Of a stretch of DNA of 64,000 bases, positions 30,206 through 40,343 are shown piece by piece (positions within the stretch are counted from its first letter, which is position 1; each line of letters starts with the position of its first letter). Made by a program: the position numbers and the translations under genes. The notes beneath the pieces are model-generated. The model had not been told where the DNA came from, did not search any database, and was given only the letters and a program-made list of their open reading frames with translations. The DNA comes from Rhodothermales bacterium. Lineage in GTDB: Bacteria > Bacteroidota > Rhodothermia > Rhodothermales > JANQRZ01. The stretch lies in the NCBI GenBank assembly GCA_028284265.1, contig JANQRZ010000024.1, positions 64,132 through 128,131 on the forward strand, given 5' to 3'.

Positions 30206-33200
30206 ATGACTGCTCGCAACCACGTCTCGATGCAGCGTGCTAATAGCAAATTGACGGGGTCCAGATTGCTTTTAATCACACGAGCTGGGCGAAGGTCTGC
30301 GTTAGGCGGGGGCGTTCTCGTCTTGTTGCTGCTTTCCTCGTTCGCCTGGGCGCAGCCAACTGATCCGTCGGCTGTATTTAATCAACATCTCGTGCAACCC
30401 GAGGCATACAGTATGCCTGGAGCGCCTGAGGCCGGTGTCAATGAGAAGGGGGACTTGGCGCTCCAGATACCGGTGTTGACCGTGCCTGGTCGTGGGGGAC
30501 TCGACTACAATATCACGCTTAGCTATGCGTCGGGAATTAAGCCCACCCAGGAGGCTACATGGGTGGGACTCGGGTGGCATTTCGACCCGGGGAGCGTCAG
30601 CCGGGGGGTACAAGGAGGACCGTCTTGGCCCGTAGCAGGTTGGCCGGTAACGGTCGATGGTGATGACCTCCGCGAGCTTCATGGGGCTGATTTTACCGAT
30701 GCTCGGGCTCATTACCAAGATGCCTACTACATCTCGATTCCGGGCCAAGGAACTGCGGAGGCCCTGAAGGGCAACTTCAATGCAGGTATACCGAGATATC
30801 CTGGTCTCATGATTGAGAACGGGACTACGCCCGGAATTATGCCCGGTTGGAGCGGGGGGTTTATGATGACCTCGTGGCGTCCCTGGATAATTCAGGCTGA
30901 AGAGTCGGACGGGCCTTCGCTGGTCGAGGGTACGTGGGGGCAGGGGCCAGGGACAGCCGTAGAGACGGGGCGTGCGCTCTACGAAGGCGGACAGCCTCTG
31001 TTTGAGCAGATGAAGGATTTCGAGCGCTTTGTCGTTACGACGGAGGACGGGACACGCTACGTGTTCGGGCAGCCTACGATTTCGACCTACGTGGGGGTTC
31101 TTTCCTCCCAGACGGGTACGTTCCCCAAGTTCTTTGACCACCATGTGAGTTCATGGCGGCTAACGGCGATTCTGGGGGCTGACTACACCGGCGGAGTCGA
31201 CGATCCTGTGGGAGGACCAGGAAGTTGGATCAAGTTCGAGTACACAGACCCTCATACCCTATATCAGTACGTTGACCCCGAAGGCCATCCAAGCGGGGAG
31301 TCCGGTGCTTTCCAAATTTTCAGACAGCATACCTACCTCAGTCGGATTGTGACGCCCACGCACGAGGCCGTGTTTGAGATTAGCGCTCCGGGAGGTTTTC
31401 CTAACACGCCCATCGTAGAGTCCTTCGCGTTTCACTCAAGAGTGTTCCTCCAGACCATCAAGGTATTCAAGGGGAGCGCTACGGCCGGGACGCTACTTCG
31501 GCAGGTCCAATTCAACTGGGACGGCGACGGATTCCGGCGCGTATGTGCCGACTGCACCTACAACGATCCTGACAACGGTCATCGCCGCGGACGCCTCAAT
31601 GGCATCGAGTATAGCGACCGGCTTGGGCGCCCCGAGCCGGGTTACACCTTCAGCTACGAATCGCCGGACCCCGACTTGATCTACACTGGTGGCGTCTTTC
31701 CTGGGATTTTTCTGGAGCAAGATGACTTTGGATTCTACACCTCGCGCGATGGTAACTCCGGGAATGTCCCCTTCGGATCTCCCCGGTGTGTCGTGTCAAC
31801 CTGTGACGGAGCAGGGTGTGACAATACCCTTGATGGAGCCCTCGGCTGCCCAGATACTCACATGCCTGAGGCGGCAGCCTGGAGTCTGACCAAGGTTGTC
31901 TACCCCTCGGGCGTTCGTGAGGCCTACGAATATGAGCACGATTACATTGACCCAGGCATCGTGTTTGACTTGTCCGGTAACTCCGATCCAGACCTGCTGC
32001 TCAAGAAGTCGTACGATGTTCTCTCGCTGGTCAATGGACCGTACACGGGGCATACCGGAGAGTATCTCGTTGCCTCCCAAGGGAACGGTTCGGTAGGTCG
32101 AGGTCGGTACCAGGGGGGGACGCGCGTGCGGAGCATTAAGCGAACCGAGCCACTCTCCTCCATTGCTGTGACTACGGACTACTCGTACCGATCTGGCACG
32201 TTCACAGGCATCCCAGAGGGATACTGGACACACCTCTTTGGTAGCGACCGGCTGACGTACCAAAAACAGGGTACGAGAAGTGGAGCGTCGGTCGTGTATT
32301 CTCAGGTGGAGACGACTCGTTCGGATCCAGGGAATAGCAACGATGTGACTACGGTTGAGACGACCTACTTCACAGATGTGACGAGTTTCCCGGCGCTCTT
32401 GAGTAAGGCCAATACTGTTGTCTTCGAGGACCGTAATCAGTCCAACGGGGGACACAAAGGGTTTCTAGTCGTCACGGACAATCTCCCCCACAACTGGGGG
32501 CGCAGCTACAGGACGATCCGCGAAGAGACCGACCCGCAGACTGGAGCCGTTCGCCGTGTGGTTACGAAGGAGCGCCAAGAGAAAGGTGGCTTCATCGGCC
32601 ACGCGAACTTGATGACACTGTCCCCCGCACACGGGGTCGCCGACGCTCTGAAGGTCTACTGGAACCACCATAACCCGGTCGTTAGCGAATACGAGGAGGA
32701 AGTGCTCTACGACCCTGTGGCTCCCGACCACCGCATTCGGACCCAGGTGCTTTACGAGCGTGACTTCTGGCGGTCGCCCTCAAGCGACGGGCTGGGTATG
32801 GTGCGGCGAGTCGTTGAGGTCCCCTACAACCACTGGCGGAGAGTAGCTAAAGACTTCGTATATGCAGGCGATGTCTACAGCGAGCTACGGGATCGGGGCA
32901 TCTTCTCGCCTGTGGTCGCAGAGTACACCTACGAGCTTGGTAATAACGAGACGGCCGTTGGGAGCGATGCCCCCTCGGTTTTCACAAAAGGGTTTTATGC
33001 TACCGCTCAAGACTCCCTCGATGCCAACGCTATCAACGGAACCGGAATCCAGGGCCTGGGCCAAGGGTGGACTTTTCTGCGTCCAGAAGACCGGATTGGG
33101 CACATAGATCCCTTTAGTGGGCCCCAGGGTGACTTCCCTTCCTGTGACTACCATGTGCACTGCCTGACAGACGAGACCGGTGGCGGGGGAGGAGGGGGCG

Positions 33201-36200
33201 ATCCGCCTGATGAACCAGAAGATGAACAGCGCTCGTATAGGCAAGCGACAGCAACAGCATGGAAGAACGTCGGGGATAGCAGCACGCCCCATTGGCGACC
33301 GTACCGAAGCTATGAGTGGGACGCTCCTGCTGACGCCAGCGTCGAGGACGAACCGACGTTCGATGAGTGGTTGACTGCACCTGTGGAACCGGCTCCGTTG
33401 CCTATTGGGGCGTGGGACCTCGTTCAAACGCTTGGCTATGACCTGGGGCAAAGCGGACAACCCAACCTCATCGAGCAGTATGGAGGTACCACCACGCACC
33501 TAGAGTATGGCGGAGCAAACGGCACCGAGCTCCGCAAGGTGTCAATAGAAGCTTCCCCCGGTGCTTCGTGTCCGGGAGGGGAAGGGTGGGAGGACGAAGA
33601 CTGCGTCGAGCAGTCGATGGGCTATGACCTAGCGACAGGGCTTGTATCCAGTGTGACCAGCCCCAGCGGAGGCACGACACGGTTTGTCTACGACTCCGGC
33701 GGGCGCTTGGCCGAGACCATTGATGCCCACGGCTTGGTGACATCGGGGTACAGCTACGGTGTAGAGGGAGTGTACCAAGTGCCAGAGACTCCGCGCTACG
33801 TGGAGCAGGTCGTCTACCGCCAAGGCAATCTCCTACGAAACGGAAGCTTCGAGATATCCGAGGCAAGCCAAGACACTCCGGCGTCTTGGACGACGACGCC
33901 CGGTGCGGTGTCAGAGCGTAATACGCAGGTGGCAGCGCTGGGAGCGCAGCAGATGACGCTTAGCGGGGGCGAGGTGCGCCAGACGGTTGAGCTGGAAGAG
34001 GGGCAGACGTATGTCCTCGCTGCTTCCATGAACGGGGACCCCGGGGTCATACGGCTCTCCACGGAAGCTCAAATTTCGGGCGATGATCTCGAGCTAGACG
34101 TGCTGGAGCACAGTACCGGGCTGACCCATAGCACCCTCGGGGTGGGGCTTCACGAATTCACTTGGGCAACAACTAGAGATGCCTATCAGCGGGATTGGGT
34201 ACACTTCACCGCACTGGAAAGCGGAGCGTTGGAGGTGAGCTTTAGGAGAGGAAGCGGCGCAGACCCCAGCTTGGTTGATGCTGTCGTACTTGCCCCGCAG
34301 TCCTTGGAGGAGATGACAACCGACGAAGCGCTTGCTAGCGCCACGCCGGGCGTCTTGGTTACGTATGTCGACGGCAACGGACAAGTTGTCCAAACGGTCG
34401 AAGCCGACGGTCCCTACCACGCTGCCACTGAGCGCGTCCTTCACACGGTCCGGGACTGGGCAGGTCGCCCGGTCCGGGAGTACCTGCCTTACGAGCGCGA
34501 CGAGGGCGCGAACGAGAGCGTCGCTGGGGTCTACGAGGATGATGCAGAGACCCATGCGACGTCCTATTATAACAACTTACTGCCTGGCGAGGGAGGCAAC
34601 CTGCCCTACACCGAGACCACGTACTGGGGCGGGGGAGTGAACCAGCCCCGTTCTGTACGACCTCCTGGGGACGCTGAAGGAAATGGAGTCATTACCTACA
34701 CGCCTAGCATCTATCGCCACCGCTTCCAAGACGGGCACTACCTAACTGTGCATCGCATGGAGGTTGTCGACTTAGAAGGCAACACTACCTACACCTTCAC
34801 CGATGAGCGAGGCAACCAGTTTCTGACGCGCCAGATTGCCGAGGTTACAGTTCCTGGCGACTTTCCGGGCGATGTGCAGATCTCAGGCAACTACAGCTTC
34901 ACGCCGGACCAGAATATTATCGCCCAGTTAGATGTTGACGCTACAACAAGTAACGGAATCAAAGCCGTAGCGGGTGCCCATGTAGCGGAGATCGTTGAGC
35001 TAGGAGACGGTACCGAGCTTGGGTACAACGCCTACACAAGGAGTATTAAAGGGCGATCTATCTACATGGAGGATGGGGAGAATCCGGCGTGTGATCCTAG
35101 TTGGCCTACGCATAACGGCTTGCTGTGTCAGGGGAACGACGATTGTGGCTTTGGGCCTCACAACTACTGCTTCCCTCCGCAAGACTTGACCTTCGAGGGT
35201 GAAGTCCCGCTCTATGCTGGACGTGAGTACGACTTTGAGGTCAAGGCTTGGCAAACGGACGTGCAGGGTATCCCCGCATCCACGGCTAGCGTTACTCTGC
35301 ATCTTGGAGAGAGTAACGGGGATGGCAGCACGAGGGTCAAGGTGTTCTCGGACACCGAGCACCGCTACGACGCGGTCGGGAACCTCGTCGAGACGAGGCC
35401 ACCGAACTACGGGATGCCCCCTGCGGGGAGTGTGAGCGCGGACTGGCCTACGACTTATGCCTACAACACGCGCGGACAGCTTCTGGAGCAGACCACGCCA
35501 GACGCCGGAACGGTGCGCTACGGATACGATAAGGCCGGGCGACTTACCTATTCCCAGGACGCCCAGCAGGAAGCAGACGGCACGCTCTCGTGGCAGCGCT
35601 ACGACGCCCTCGGACGTGTCCACGAGGCTGGTATAGCGGAACTAGAAACGTGTGCGTCGTTCGAGGAGATTGATCCAGCGAGGAGTCCCTGGCAGCGAGT
35701 GCCTGCCGGGTCTCAGACGGGACCGTACTGTCTGACGGGGCATCAACAGCAGGAACTCTACGTCTTCGACGACCCCACGAAAATGCGGACGAGTGCGCCT
35801 CTTATTCCGCTCGTGGAGGGGTGGCCTTACTACAATGATATTGGTTTCGAATACACGAACACACGCGGCCGGTTGGTAGCCTCGGCTTACAAGAGCAACG
35901 GAAAGTGGCAAGCGACGCACTATGCCTACGACGCGGCCGGACGGGTTGAGCGAAAAGCGGTGCGCACGGAAGGGGCTAGCCCCCTGTGGGAGAGCTATAC
36001 GTATTCGTATGACGCGGCAGGGGCTGTGACCGAAGAGCGAGTCGAGGTGGGCGACAACCACGAACTGAGCCACTACTACGTACACAACGGACGAGGACTT
36101 CTCCACCGGGTGTACGTCTCGATGTCGGGGGAGCAGCCGTCGTTACCGGACGCCGAGTACGTTTACGACGTTGCCGGGCGCGTGTCCGAGGTGGGTATAC

Positions 36201-38437
36201 GGGATCGGGTGGCGACGGGCTTCGCACGGACGGTGCCCTACACCTATGACATCAAGGGCCGTCTTCGGACGCTGGGGGCGTGGTGGGACACGCAGGGTGA
36301 GCTCTTCGGGGCGCAGTACGATTACCTCGCATCTGGGCGCATCCGGGCCGCACGGTATCTAAATCCCTATGCTGCCAACCTAGGTGGTGAAGGTGAAAGT
36401 GTGCGCTACGCGTACCTGCACCAGTATGATGGGCTGGGTAGGCTCACCACGGCGAGCTACTACGAGTACGACACGGGGGCCTACGATGATGATGCCAGCT
36501 ACACGTACAACAACCGCTTCAAATTGCGTACGGTCGAATACGACCCCAACGGCAATATCACGAAACTCATCCGGTGGGCTCCAACAGAGGATTCGGGAGG
36601 CGAGAATCACTGGATCGACGACCTCAGCTACAGCTACGAAGCAGGAACCAACAGAGTGCTCGAAGTCCTCGATTCCAGAGCGCCATCGTCCGAGGACTGG
36701 GACGCCGAAGACACGGCGTTCCAGTATGATTTAAACGGCAATGTATCCCAGATGACCGAAACCTCGTCTGGCGACTTTACCTCGTTTCCGAAGTACGACG
36801 AGCGCAACCTTCCCCTCAAGACCATTCTACCAGGGGGCATCACCGCGTACTACCGCTACAGCGCCGAGGGGCAGCGGATCGGTCTTCAGGTGAACTCCCA
36901 ATCGCTCAATGGGGAGGGCGAGGATCCCCACTACAAGGTGGAGCGCTATGTGCGCGACGGTGCGCGCCTCGTCGGGGCGTTCGACGGAGAAGGGAAGCTG
37001 CTCTACTGGAATGTGCACAGTAGCCCGGGGGCAGCTAGCCCGATAGGACGCATAGAGCCTGTCAAGATCACGTACAATTTGGTGCTCTCCACGCTCCGGC
37101 AGCAGGCCGAGACCGCCGTATGGAACAAGGCGCAGGAGTTCCTGAGCGACGCCTTCCTCAGCGAGGGCATCGTAGAGAGCGAAGCGTCGAGCTTGGCCGC
37201 CTCGGCGGAATCAGGCGCGCGGAATGCGATGGTGCCTGCCGTAGACCCCGCCATCACGGCTGCCGCCGACACGAGCGAGACGGTGCTCCAGGCCGATCCG
37301 GGTGGGCAGACCTACTACCAAGAAGCATTGGCCGGAATCGAGGCAGCGGTCGAGAGCACGCTACTTAGTGCGGGATACGCCGCTGCCGATGCCGACAGCA
37401 TTGCCGCCCGGGTGGCGGTGGACGCGGGAAGTGCCGCCGCGTTGGAAGTGCAGCAACTAATTGAAGCGGCCCAGAGCGTGGACTGGTCGGCAACGGGGGG
37501 GACGGTGCTTCGGCGTTTCTACTACATCACGGACCACCTCGGGAGCGTGCGTGTGGTGTTCGACCAGGTGGGGAATCCGAAGGCGGCGAAGGACTACTAC
37601 CCGTTCGGGTTAGAGATGCCCGGAAGGGTGTGGGTCAGTGGGACGGAGACCAAGGAAGGGTTCACCGGGCATGAGTTGGACGTGGAGACGGGGCACTACT
37701 ACGCCGGGGCACGGTACTACATCCCTGCTCTGGGTAGGTGGACGACGACGGATCAACTGACAGGATTGTATCCTGGCTGGAGTTCTTATAACTATGTCAT
37801 GAATGACCCTGTGAGCCTTTCTGATCCTACAGGCAATTGTCCTGAAGGATATGGTTCTGGAGATATTTGGATTTCAGATACAGGAGATCCAGTGGCTTGC
37901 CACGATGGCGTCACAGTTGAGGGTGACTCTCCGACTGAGGAGGAGAGAATTGAGATCGGAGTGCGACTTGGAAGAGAGCCAAGGATCGTTCGTATTGGAG
38001 GTAGGTGGGCAGCTTACCTTGATGCTCTCTTTAACCTAGAGCTTTGGCGTGACGATCCGAATATATCCTATGCTCAGGGTAACATCACTGGCGACTGGTA
38101 CAGGATTGATAGCTCGCCCTACATTGGAGGATCGGTGCCAAGCGGGCTAAGTAAAGCATCCCAAGGGCTTAGGGCTTTATATGCCGCAGGTAGCCTGCGA
38201 GGCCGATCTATCATCAGTATAAGATCGATTCTATCTCAGAACGGTTTCCGCCAGACACTGACCCGTAATAAAAAGGGCTATTTGTTCACAAACACAGCCG
38301 GCGAGCAGATTAGAGTTATGCGGCGAAACGGAGGTTGGGACATACGAGTACGGAATAGCTTCGGTAATTACCTAGATGATGTTGGTAACGTAGCTGCTCC
38401 TGGCCAAACACACGGGATAAACGTAAGATCATACTAG
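30206..38437 (+). CDS. Giant Rhs/YD-repeat polymorphic toxin 2 (paralog of Rhs1 with a different C-terminal toxin)
   Basis: The signal peptide is ...VLVLLLLSSFAWAQP. The SpvB-like motif is PVLTVPGRGGLDYNITLSYASG...GLGWHF. YD repeats include YAYNTRGQLLEQTTPDAGTVRYGYDKAGRLTYSQD. The Rhs core YYITDHLGSVRV...YYPFGLEM...GHELDVETGHYYAGARYYIPALGRWTTTD ends at DPTGN (37823-37837). The protein is collinear with Rhs1 along its whole length. Confidence 0.9.
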   Translation: MTARNHVSMQRANSKLTGSRLLLITRAGRRSALGGGVLVLLLLSSFAWAQPTDPSAVFNQHLVQPEAYSMPGAPEAGVNEKGDLALQIPVLTVPGRGGLDYNITLSYASGIKPTQEATWVGLGWHFDPGSVSRGVQGGPSWPVAGWPVTVDGDDLRELHGADFTDARAHYQDAYYISIPGQGTAEALKGNFNAGIPRYPGLMIENGTTPGIMPGWSGGFMMTSWRPWIIQAEESDGPSLVEGTWGQGPGTAVETGRALYEGGQPLFEQMKDFERFVVTTEDGTRYVFGQPTISTYVGVLSSQTGTFPKFFDHHVSSWRLTAILGADYTGGVDDPVGGPGSWIKFEYTDPHTLYQYVDPEGHPSGESGAFQIFRQHTYLSRIVTPTHEAVFEISAPGGFPNTPIVESFAFHSRVFLQTIKVFKGSATAGTLLRQVQFNWDGDGFRRVCADCTYNDPDNGHRRGRLNGIEYSDRLGRPEPGYTFSYESPDPDLIYTGGVFPGIFLEQDDFGFYTSRDGNSGNVPFGSPRCVVSTCDGAGCDNTLDGALGCPDTHMPEAAAWSLTKVVYPSGVREAYEYEHDYIDPGIVFDLSGNSDPDLLLKKSYDVLSLVNGPYTGHTGEYLVASQGNGSVGRGRYQGGTRVRSIKRTEPLSSIAVTTDYSYRSGTFTGIPEGYWTHLFGSDRLTYQKQGTRSGASVVYSQVETTRSDPGNSNDVTTVETTYFTDVTSFPALLSKANTVVFEDRNQSNGGHKGFLVVTDNLPHNWGRSYRTIREETDPQTGAVRRVVTKERQEKGGFIGHANLMTLSPAHGVADALKVYWNHHNPVVSEYEEEVLYDPVAPDHRIRTQVLYERDFWRSPSSDGLGMVRRVVEVPYNHWRRVAKDFVYAGDVYSELRDRGIFSPVVAEYTYELGNNETAVGSDAPSVFTKGFYATAQDSLDANAINGTGIQGLGQGWTFLRPEDRIGHIDPFSGPQGDFPSCDYHVHCLTDETGGGGGGGDPPDEPEDEQRSYRQATATAWKNVGDSSTPHWRPYRSYEWDAPADASVEDEPTFDEWLTAPVEPAPLPIGAWDLVQTLGYDLGQSGQPNLIEQYGGTTTHLEYGGANGTELRKVSIEASPGASCPGGEGWEDEDCVEQSMGYDLATGLVSSVTSPSGGTTRFVYDSGGRLAETIDAHGLVTSGYSYGVEGVYQVPETPRYVEQVVYRQGNLLRNGSFEISEASQDTPASWTTTPGAVSERNTQVAALGAQQMTLSGGEVRQTVELEEGQTYVLAASMNGDPGVIRLSTEAQISGDDLELDVLEHSTGLTHSTLGVGLHEFTWATTRDAYQRDWVHFTALESGALEVSFRRGSGADPSLVDAVVLAPQSLEEMTTDEALASATPGVLVTYVDGNGQVVQTVEADGPYHAATERVLHTVRDWAGRPVREYLPYERDEGANESVAGVYEDDAETHATSYYNNLLPGEGGNLPYTETTYWGGGVNQPRSVRPPGDAEGNGVITYTPSIYRHRFQDGHYLTVHRMEVVDLEGNTTYTFTDERGNQFLTRQIAEVTVPGDFPGDVQISGNYSFTPDQNIIAQLDVDATTSNGIKAVAGAHVAEIVELGDGTELGYNAYTRSIKGRSIYMEDGENPACDPSWPTHNGLLCQGNDDCGFGPHNYCFPPQDLTFEGEVPLYAGREYDFEVKAWQTDVQGIPASTASVTLHLGESNGDGSTRVKVFSDTEHRYDAVGNLVETRPPNYGMPPAGSVSADWPTTYAYNTRGQLLEQTTPDAGTVRYGYDKAGRLTYSQDAQQEADGTLSWQRYDALGRVHEAGIAELETCASFEEIDPARSPWQRVPAGSQTGPYCLTGHQQQELYVFDDPTKMRTSAPLIPLVEGWPYYNDIGFEYTNTRGRLVASAYKSNGKWQATHYAYDAAGRVERKAVRTEGASPLWESYTYSYDAAGAVTEERVEVGDNHELSHYYVHNGRGLLHRVYVSMSGEQPSLPDAEYVYDVAGRVSEVGIRDRVATGFARTVPYTYDIKGRLRTLGAWWDTQGELFGAQYDYLASGRIRAARYLNPYAANLGGEGESVRYAYLHQYDGLGRLTTASYYEYDTGAYDDDASYTYNNRFKLRTVEYDPNGNITKLIRWAPTEDSGGENHWIDDLSYSYEAGTNRVLEVLDSRAPSSEDWDAEDTAFQYDLNGNVSQMTETSSGDFTSFPKYDERNLPLKTILPGGITAYYRYSAEGQRIGLQVNSQSLNGEGEDPHYKVERYVRDGARLVGAFDGEGKLLYWNVHSSPGAASPIGRIEPVKITYNLVLSTLRQQAETAVWNKAQEFLSDAFLSEGIVESEASSLAASAESGARNAMVPAVDPAITAAADTSETVLQADPGGQTYYQEALAGIEAAVESTLLSAGYAAADADSIAARVAVDAGSAAALEVQQLIEAAQSVDWSATGGTVLRRFYYITDHLGSVRVVFDQVGNPKAAKDYYPFGLEMPGRVWVSGTETKEGFTGHELDVETGHYYAGARYYIPALGRWTTTDQLTGLYPGWSSYNYVMNDPVSLSDPTGNCPEGYGSGDIWISDTGDPVACHDGVTVEGDSPTEEERIEIGVRLGREPRIVRIGGRWAAYLDALFNLELWRDDPNISYAQGNITGDWYRIDSSPYIGGSVPSGLSKASQGLRALYAAGSLRGRSIISIRSILSQNGFRQTLTRNKKGYLFTNTAGEQIRVMRRNGGWDIRVRNSFGNYLDDVGNVAAPGQTHGINVRSY
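37838..38434 (+). other. Variable C-terminal toxin domain of Rhs2 (soluble, basic; family not recognised)
   Basis: This is the 199 aa after DPTGN. It is AT-richer than the Rhs body and ends ...GFRQTLTRNKKGYLFTNTAGEQIRVMRRNGGWDIRVRNSFGNYLDDVGNVAAPGQTHGINVRSY. No hydrophobic segments are present. Confidence 0.55.
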
Positions 38438-38438
38438 G

Positions 38439-38822
38439 ATGTTAAGACCCACAATCATAGAACTCCTTGAATCACTAGGCAACATGGAGGAGTGTATAAT
38501 TGAAAATATCGTATGGAAGAATTATGGAACTACTTTGGTAGTAGACATAATACGTCCAGGTGCGTCAGGAAATGCAAGACTCAAGTTCGATACCGTTCTG
38601 TATTTTCTAATGAATAATAGTATGACTAATCATATGATTGATAATATTAATGAGTTGAACTGGGGATACTCTGAGATGGCAATTGCTGAGTATCAGGAGC
38701 AATCAAAAATCATTGATAAGTATGAGAGTTCGAAAACACCTCTCCACCATGTGAATTTCTTGTGGGAAGACGAGAGGAGGATCGAGATAGTCTTTGGTGT
38801 CTTAAATCTTGAGATTTTATAA
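38439..38822 (+). CDS. Putative cognate immunity protein 2 (small acidic cytosolic protein)
   Basis: The ATG lies 1 nt after the Rhs2 stop (TAG-G-ATG). The gene is strongly AT-rich, encodes 127 aa, and has no TM helix or signal peptide. Confidence 0.6.
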   Translation: MLRPTIIELLESLGNMEECIIENIVWKNYGTTLVVDIIRPGASGNARLKFDTVLYFLMNNSMTNHMIDNINELNWGYSEMAIAEYQEQSKIIDKYESSKTPLHHVNFLWEDERRIEIVFGVLNLEIL

Positions 38823-39238
38823 AAATGGCTTATGCGCTACTGAATGGCGCGCCATGGCGTTGCTGCATTTTGTAAGTTAGGAGTGAAGAATAGATTCGTA
38901 GTCACAATGGCTTAAATGTTACTATCTAAGAAATATATAATGTGCATTTGGTGATTGTTGGCAACGATAGCGTTGCATTGCATTAGTGGTACTAAAGAGA
39001 ATAATATGGTTATCTATTCGCATTTAGAGTGTGGAGGAAATCTAACCATTCTGTTTGCTTCACTTCCTCTTTCTCGTTGACTTGGACTTCGAGATCGGAT
39101 ACCGCCTGAGAAGAGCGTGCAGCCAATCGCCCGGTGTGTCGAAGATCATGACAAGTTGAAAGTGTATTTTCACGGCAGTCGTCGTCTAGTGCACTAGCCC
39201 GGCTACCGTAACCAAGTAGACCTATCACTACTTCTCAA

Positions 39239-39862
39239 TTGGCCACTTTGGACCGTCCACCTCTCGGAAAATGGAGCCGCGTGGCTCTCCTCGCACTTGG
39301 AGTAGCTGTGCTCATCACGGTGCTCGAAGTCGTACCACGCTTCGGGAGCGCCCTCGAACTGGCTACGGAGTGGCGAGCACTCGAGAGCCAGCGCGCCGAG
39401 GCGGCTGGGGCTCCTGCTGCTCGCCAAGCTCTTGCAGCCGAGAACCGGAGGCTCCGGCAGCAACTGAATGAGCTCTTCGTAAGTCTCCCCAGCCGCGATC
39501 AGCTCTCGGCAGTCTTGGGTGAGCTTCAGCGCCACGCAGCGGAGACCGGGGTGACTCTTGAGCGCATAGAACCGGGTGAGGTGATGCCGGAGCGCACGCA
39601 TGAGGTACTCCCGCTTGCCGTAGAGATCCAGGGACCGTTCCACGCCACCGGACGCTTCGTGGACCGCGTCGAGCGCTCCCCGCTTCTGATTCAAGTCCAG
39701 GCCCTCAGCATCCGTCGCCAAAGTGAGGCCCCAAGCTCCGAGAGAGTTTCAGTAGAGACGACGCTGAACCTAGAGTCAGTTCGGCTTGGAGGGGGCGCGA
39801 GTCAAGACGAGGTGGGCGAAGACACAGACCGCAATAGCTCAAGTGAGAGACGTAATGGGTGA
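39239..39862 (+). CDS. PilO/GspM-like pilus assembly protein
   Basis: A short N-terminus is followed by a TM helix (VALLALGVAVLITVLEV), a coiled coil (ALAAENRRLRQQLNEL) and a ferredoxin-like C-terminus (PLAVEIQGPFHATGRFVDRVE). There is no in-frame ATG near the N-terminus. The start is TTG 39239 or GTG 39281 and is uncertain. Confidence 0.55.
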   Translation: MATLDRPPLGKWSRVALLALGVAVLITVLEVVPRFGSALELATEWRALESQRAEAAGAPAARQALAAENRRLRQQLNELFVSLPSRDQLSAVLGELQRHAAETGVTLERIEPGEVMPERTHEVLPLAVEIQGPFHATGRFVDRVERSPLLIQVQALSIRRQSEAPSSERVSVETTLNLESVRLGGGASQDEVGEDTDRNSSSERRNG

Positions 39863-40343
39863 CTCGTCCGCAGCCAATTGGAAAGAGCGCAAGGGGATCG
39901 TCCTCGTGCTCCTCGTTGCTGTCGTCGGTATCTGGGGCTACGCTGGCTACACGCTCTTTAGCACGCTGGGTGCAGTCGGAGACGAAGCGGTTTCAGAGCG
40001 CGTCGTGCCTTCGGAGCGTCCTCGGGCCTCGCCGCCGCCCGTTGACCGCTCGGCCTTTGTGTACACCGGGGCTTTCCGCGACCCCTTCGGCTCGGCGTAC
40101 CGGGAAGCGGTTGCTCTTTCTCCGTCGTCCACGCCCCGGACGCAGCCCGCCCCTGAGCCGGAGCCGCCTTCGGTTCGCATCCTCGGCCTCGTCAATGAAA
40201 CCGCGACCGTGGAGACGGCCTCGGGGGCCATCCGTTTTGTTCGCCGGGGGGACGAGGTGGACGGAGCACGGGTGACGGCCGTCCGAGCATCGGGGATCAC
40301 GCTACGAAAGGCGGGACGCTCCTACGACATCCCCGTGCAGTAG
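39855..40343 (+). CDS. PilP/GspC-like assembly protein
   Basis: The protein has an N-terminal TM helix (IVLVLLVAVVGIWGYAGYTLF), a Pro-rich linker and a C-terminal beta domain VRILGLVNETATVETASGAIRFVRRGDEVDGARVTAVRASGITLRK. It overlaps the PilO-like gene by 8 nt. Confidence 0.45.
   Translation: MGDSSAANWKERKGIVLVLLVAVVGIWGYAGYTLFSTLGAVGDEAVSERVVPSERPRASPPPVDRSAFVYTGAFRDPFGSAYREAVALSPSSTPRTQPAPEPEPPSVRILGLVNETATVETASGAIRFVRRGDEVDGARVTAVRASGITLRKAGRSYDIPVQ

Noticed and set aside
33176-33235. Gly/acidic low-complexity stretch (GGGGGGGDPPDEPEDEQ) in Rhs2, encoded by G-rich DNA, considered as a contingency locus
   Set aside because: The DNA is not a pure homopolymer or a perfect short tandem repeat (GGTGGCGGGGGAGGAGGGGGC). 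It is more simply explained as a flexible linker.
39010-39228. 72-aa minus-strand ORF in the AT-rich spacer after immunity 2
   Set aside because: It is the only gene on the opposite strand in a 30-kb co-directional block, and it has no motifs. It is more likely non-coding cassette debris.
39203-39721. 172-aa minus-strand ORF overlapping the pilO-like gene
   Set aside because: The plus-strand frame has the expected TM helix, coiled coil and ferredoxin-like layout, and it is translationally coupled to the next gene. The minus-strand frame has no features.
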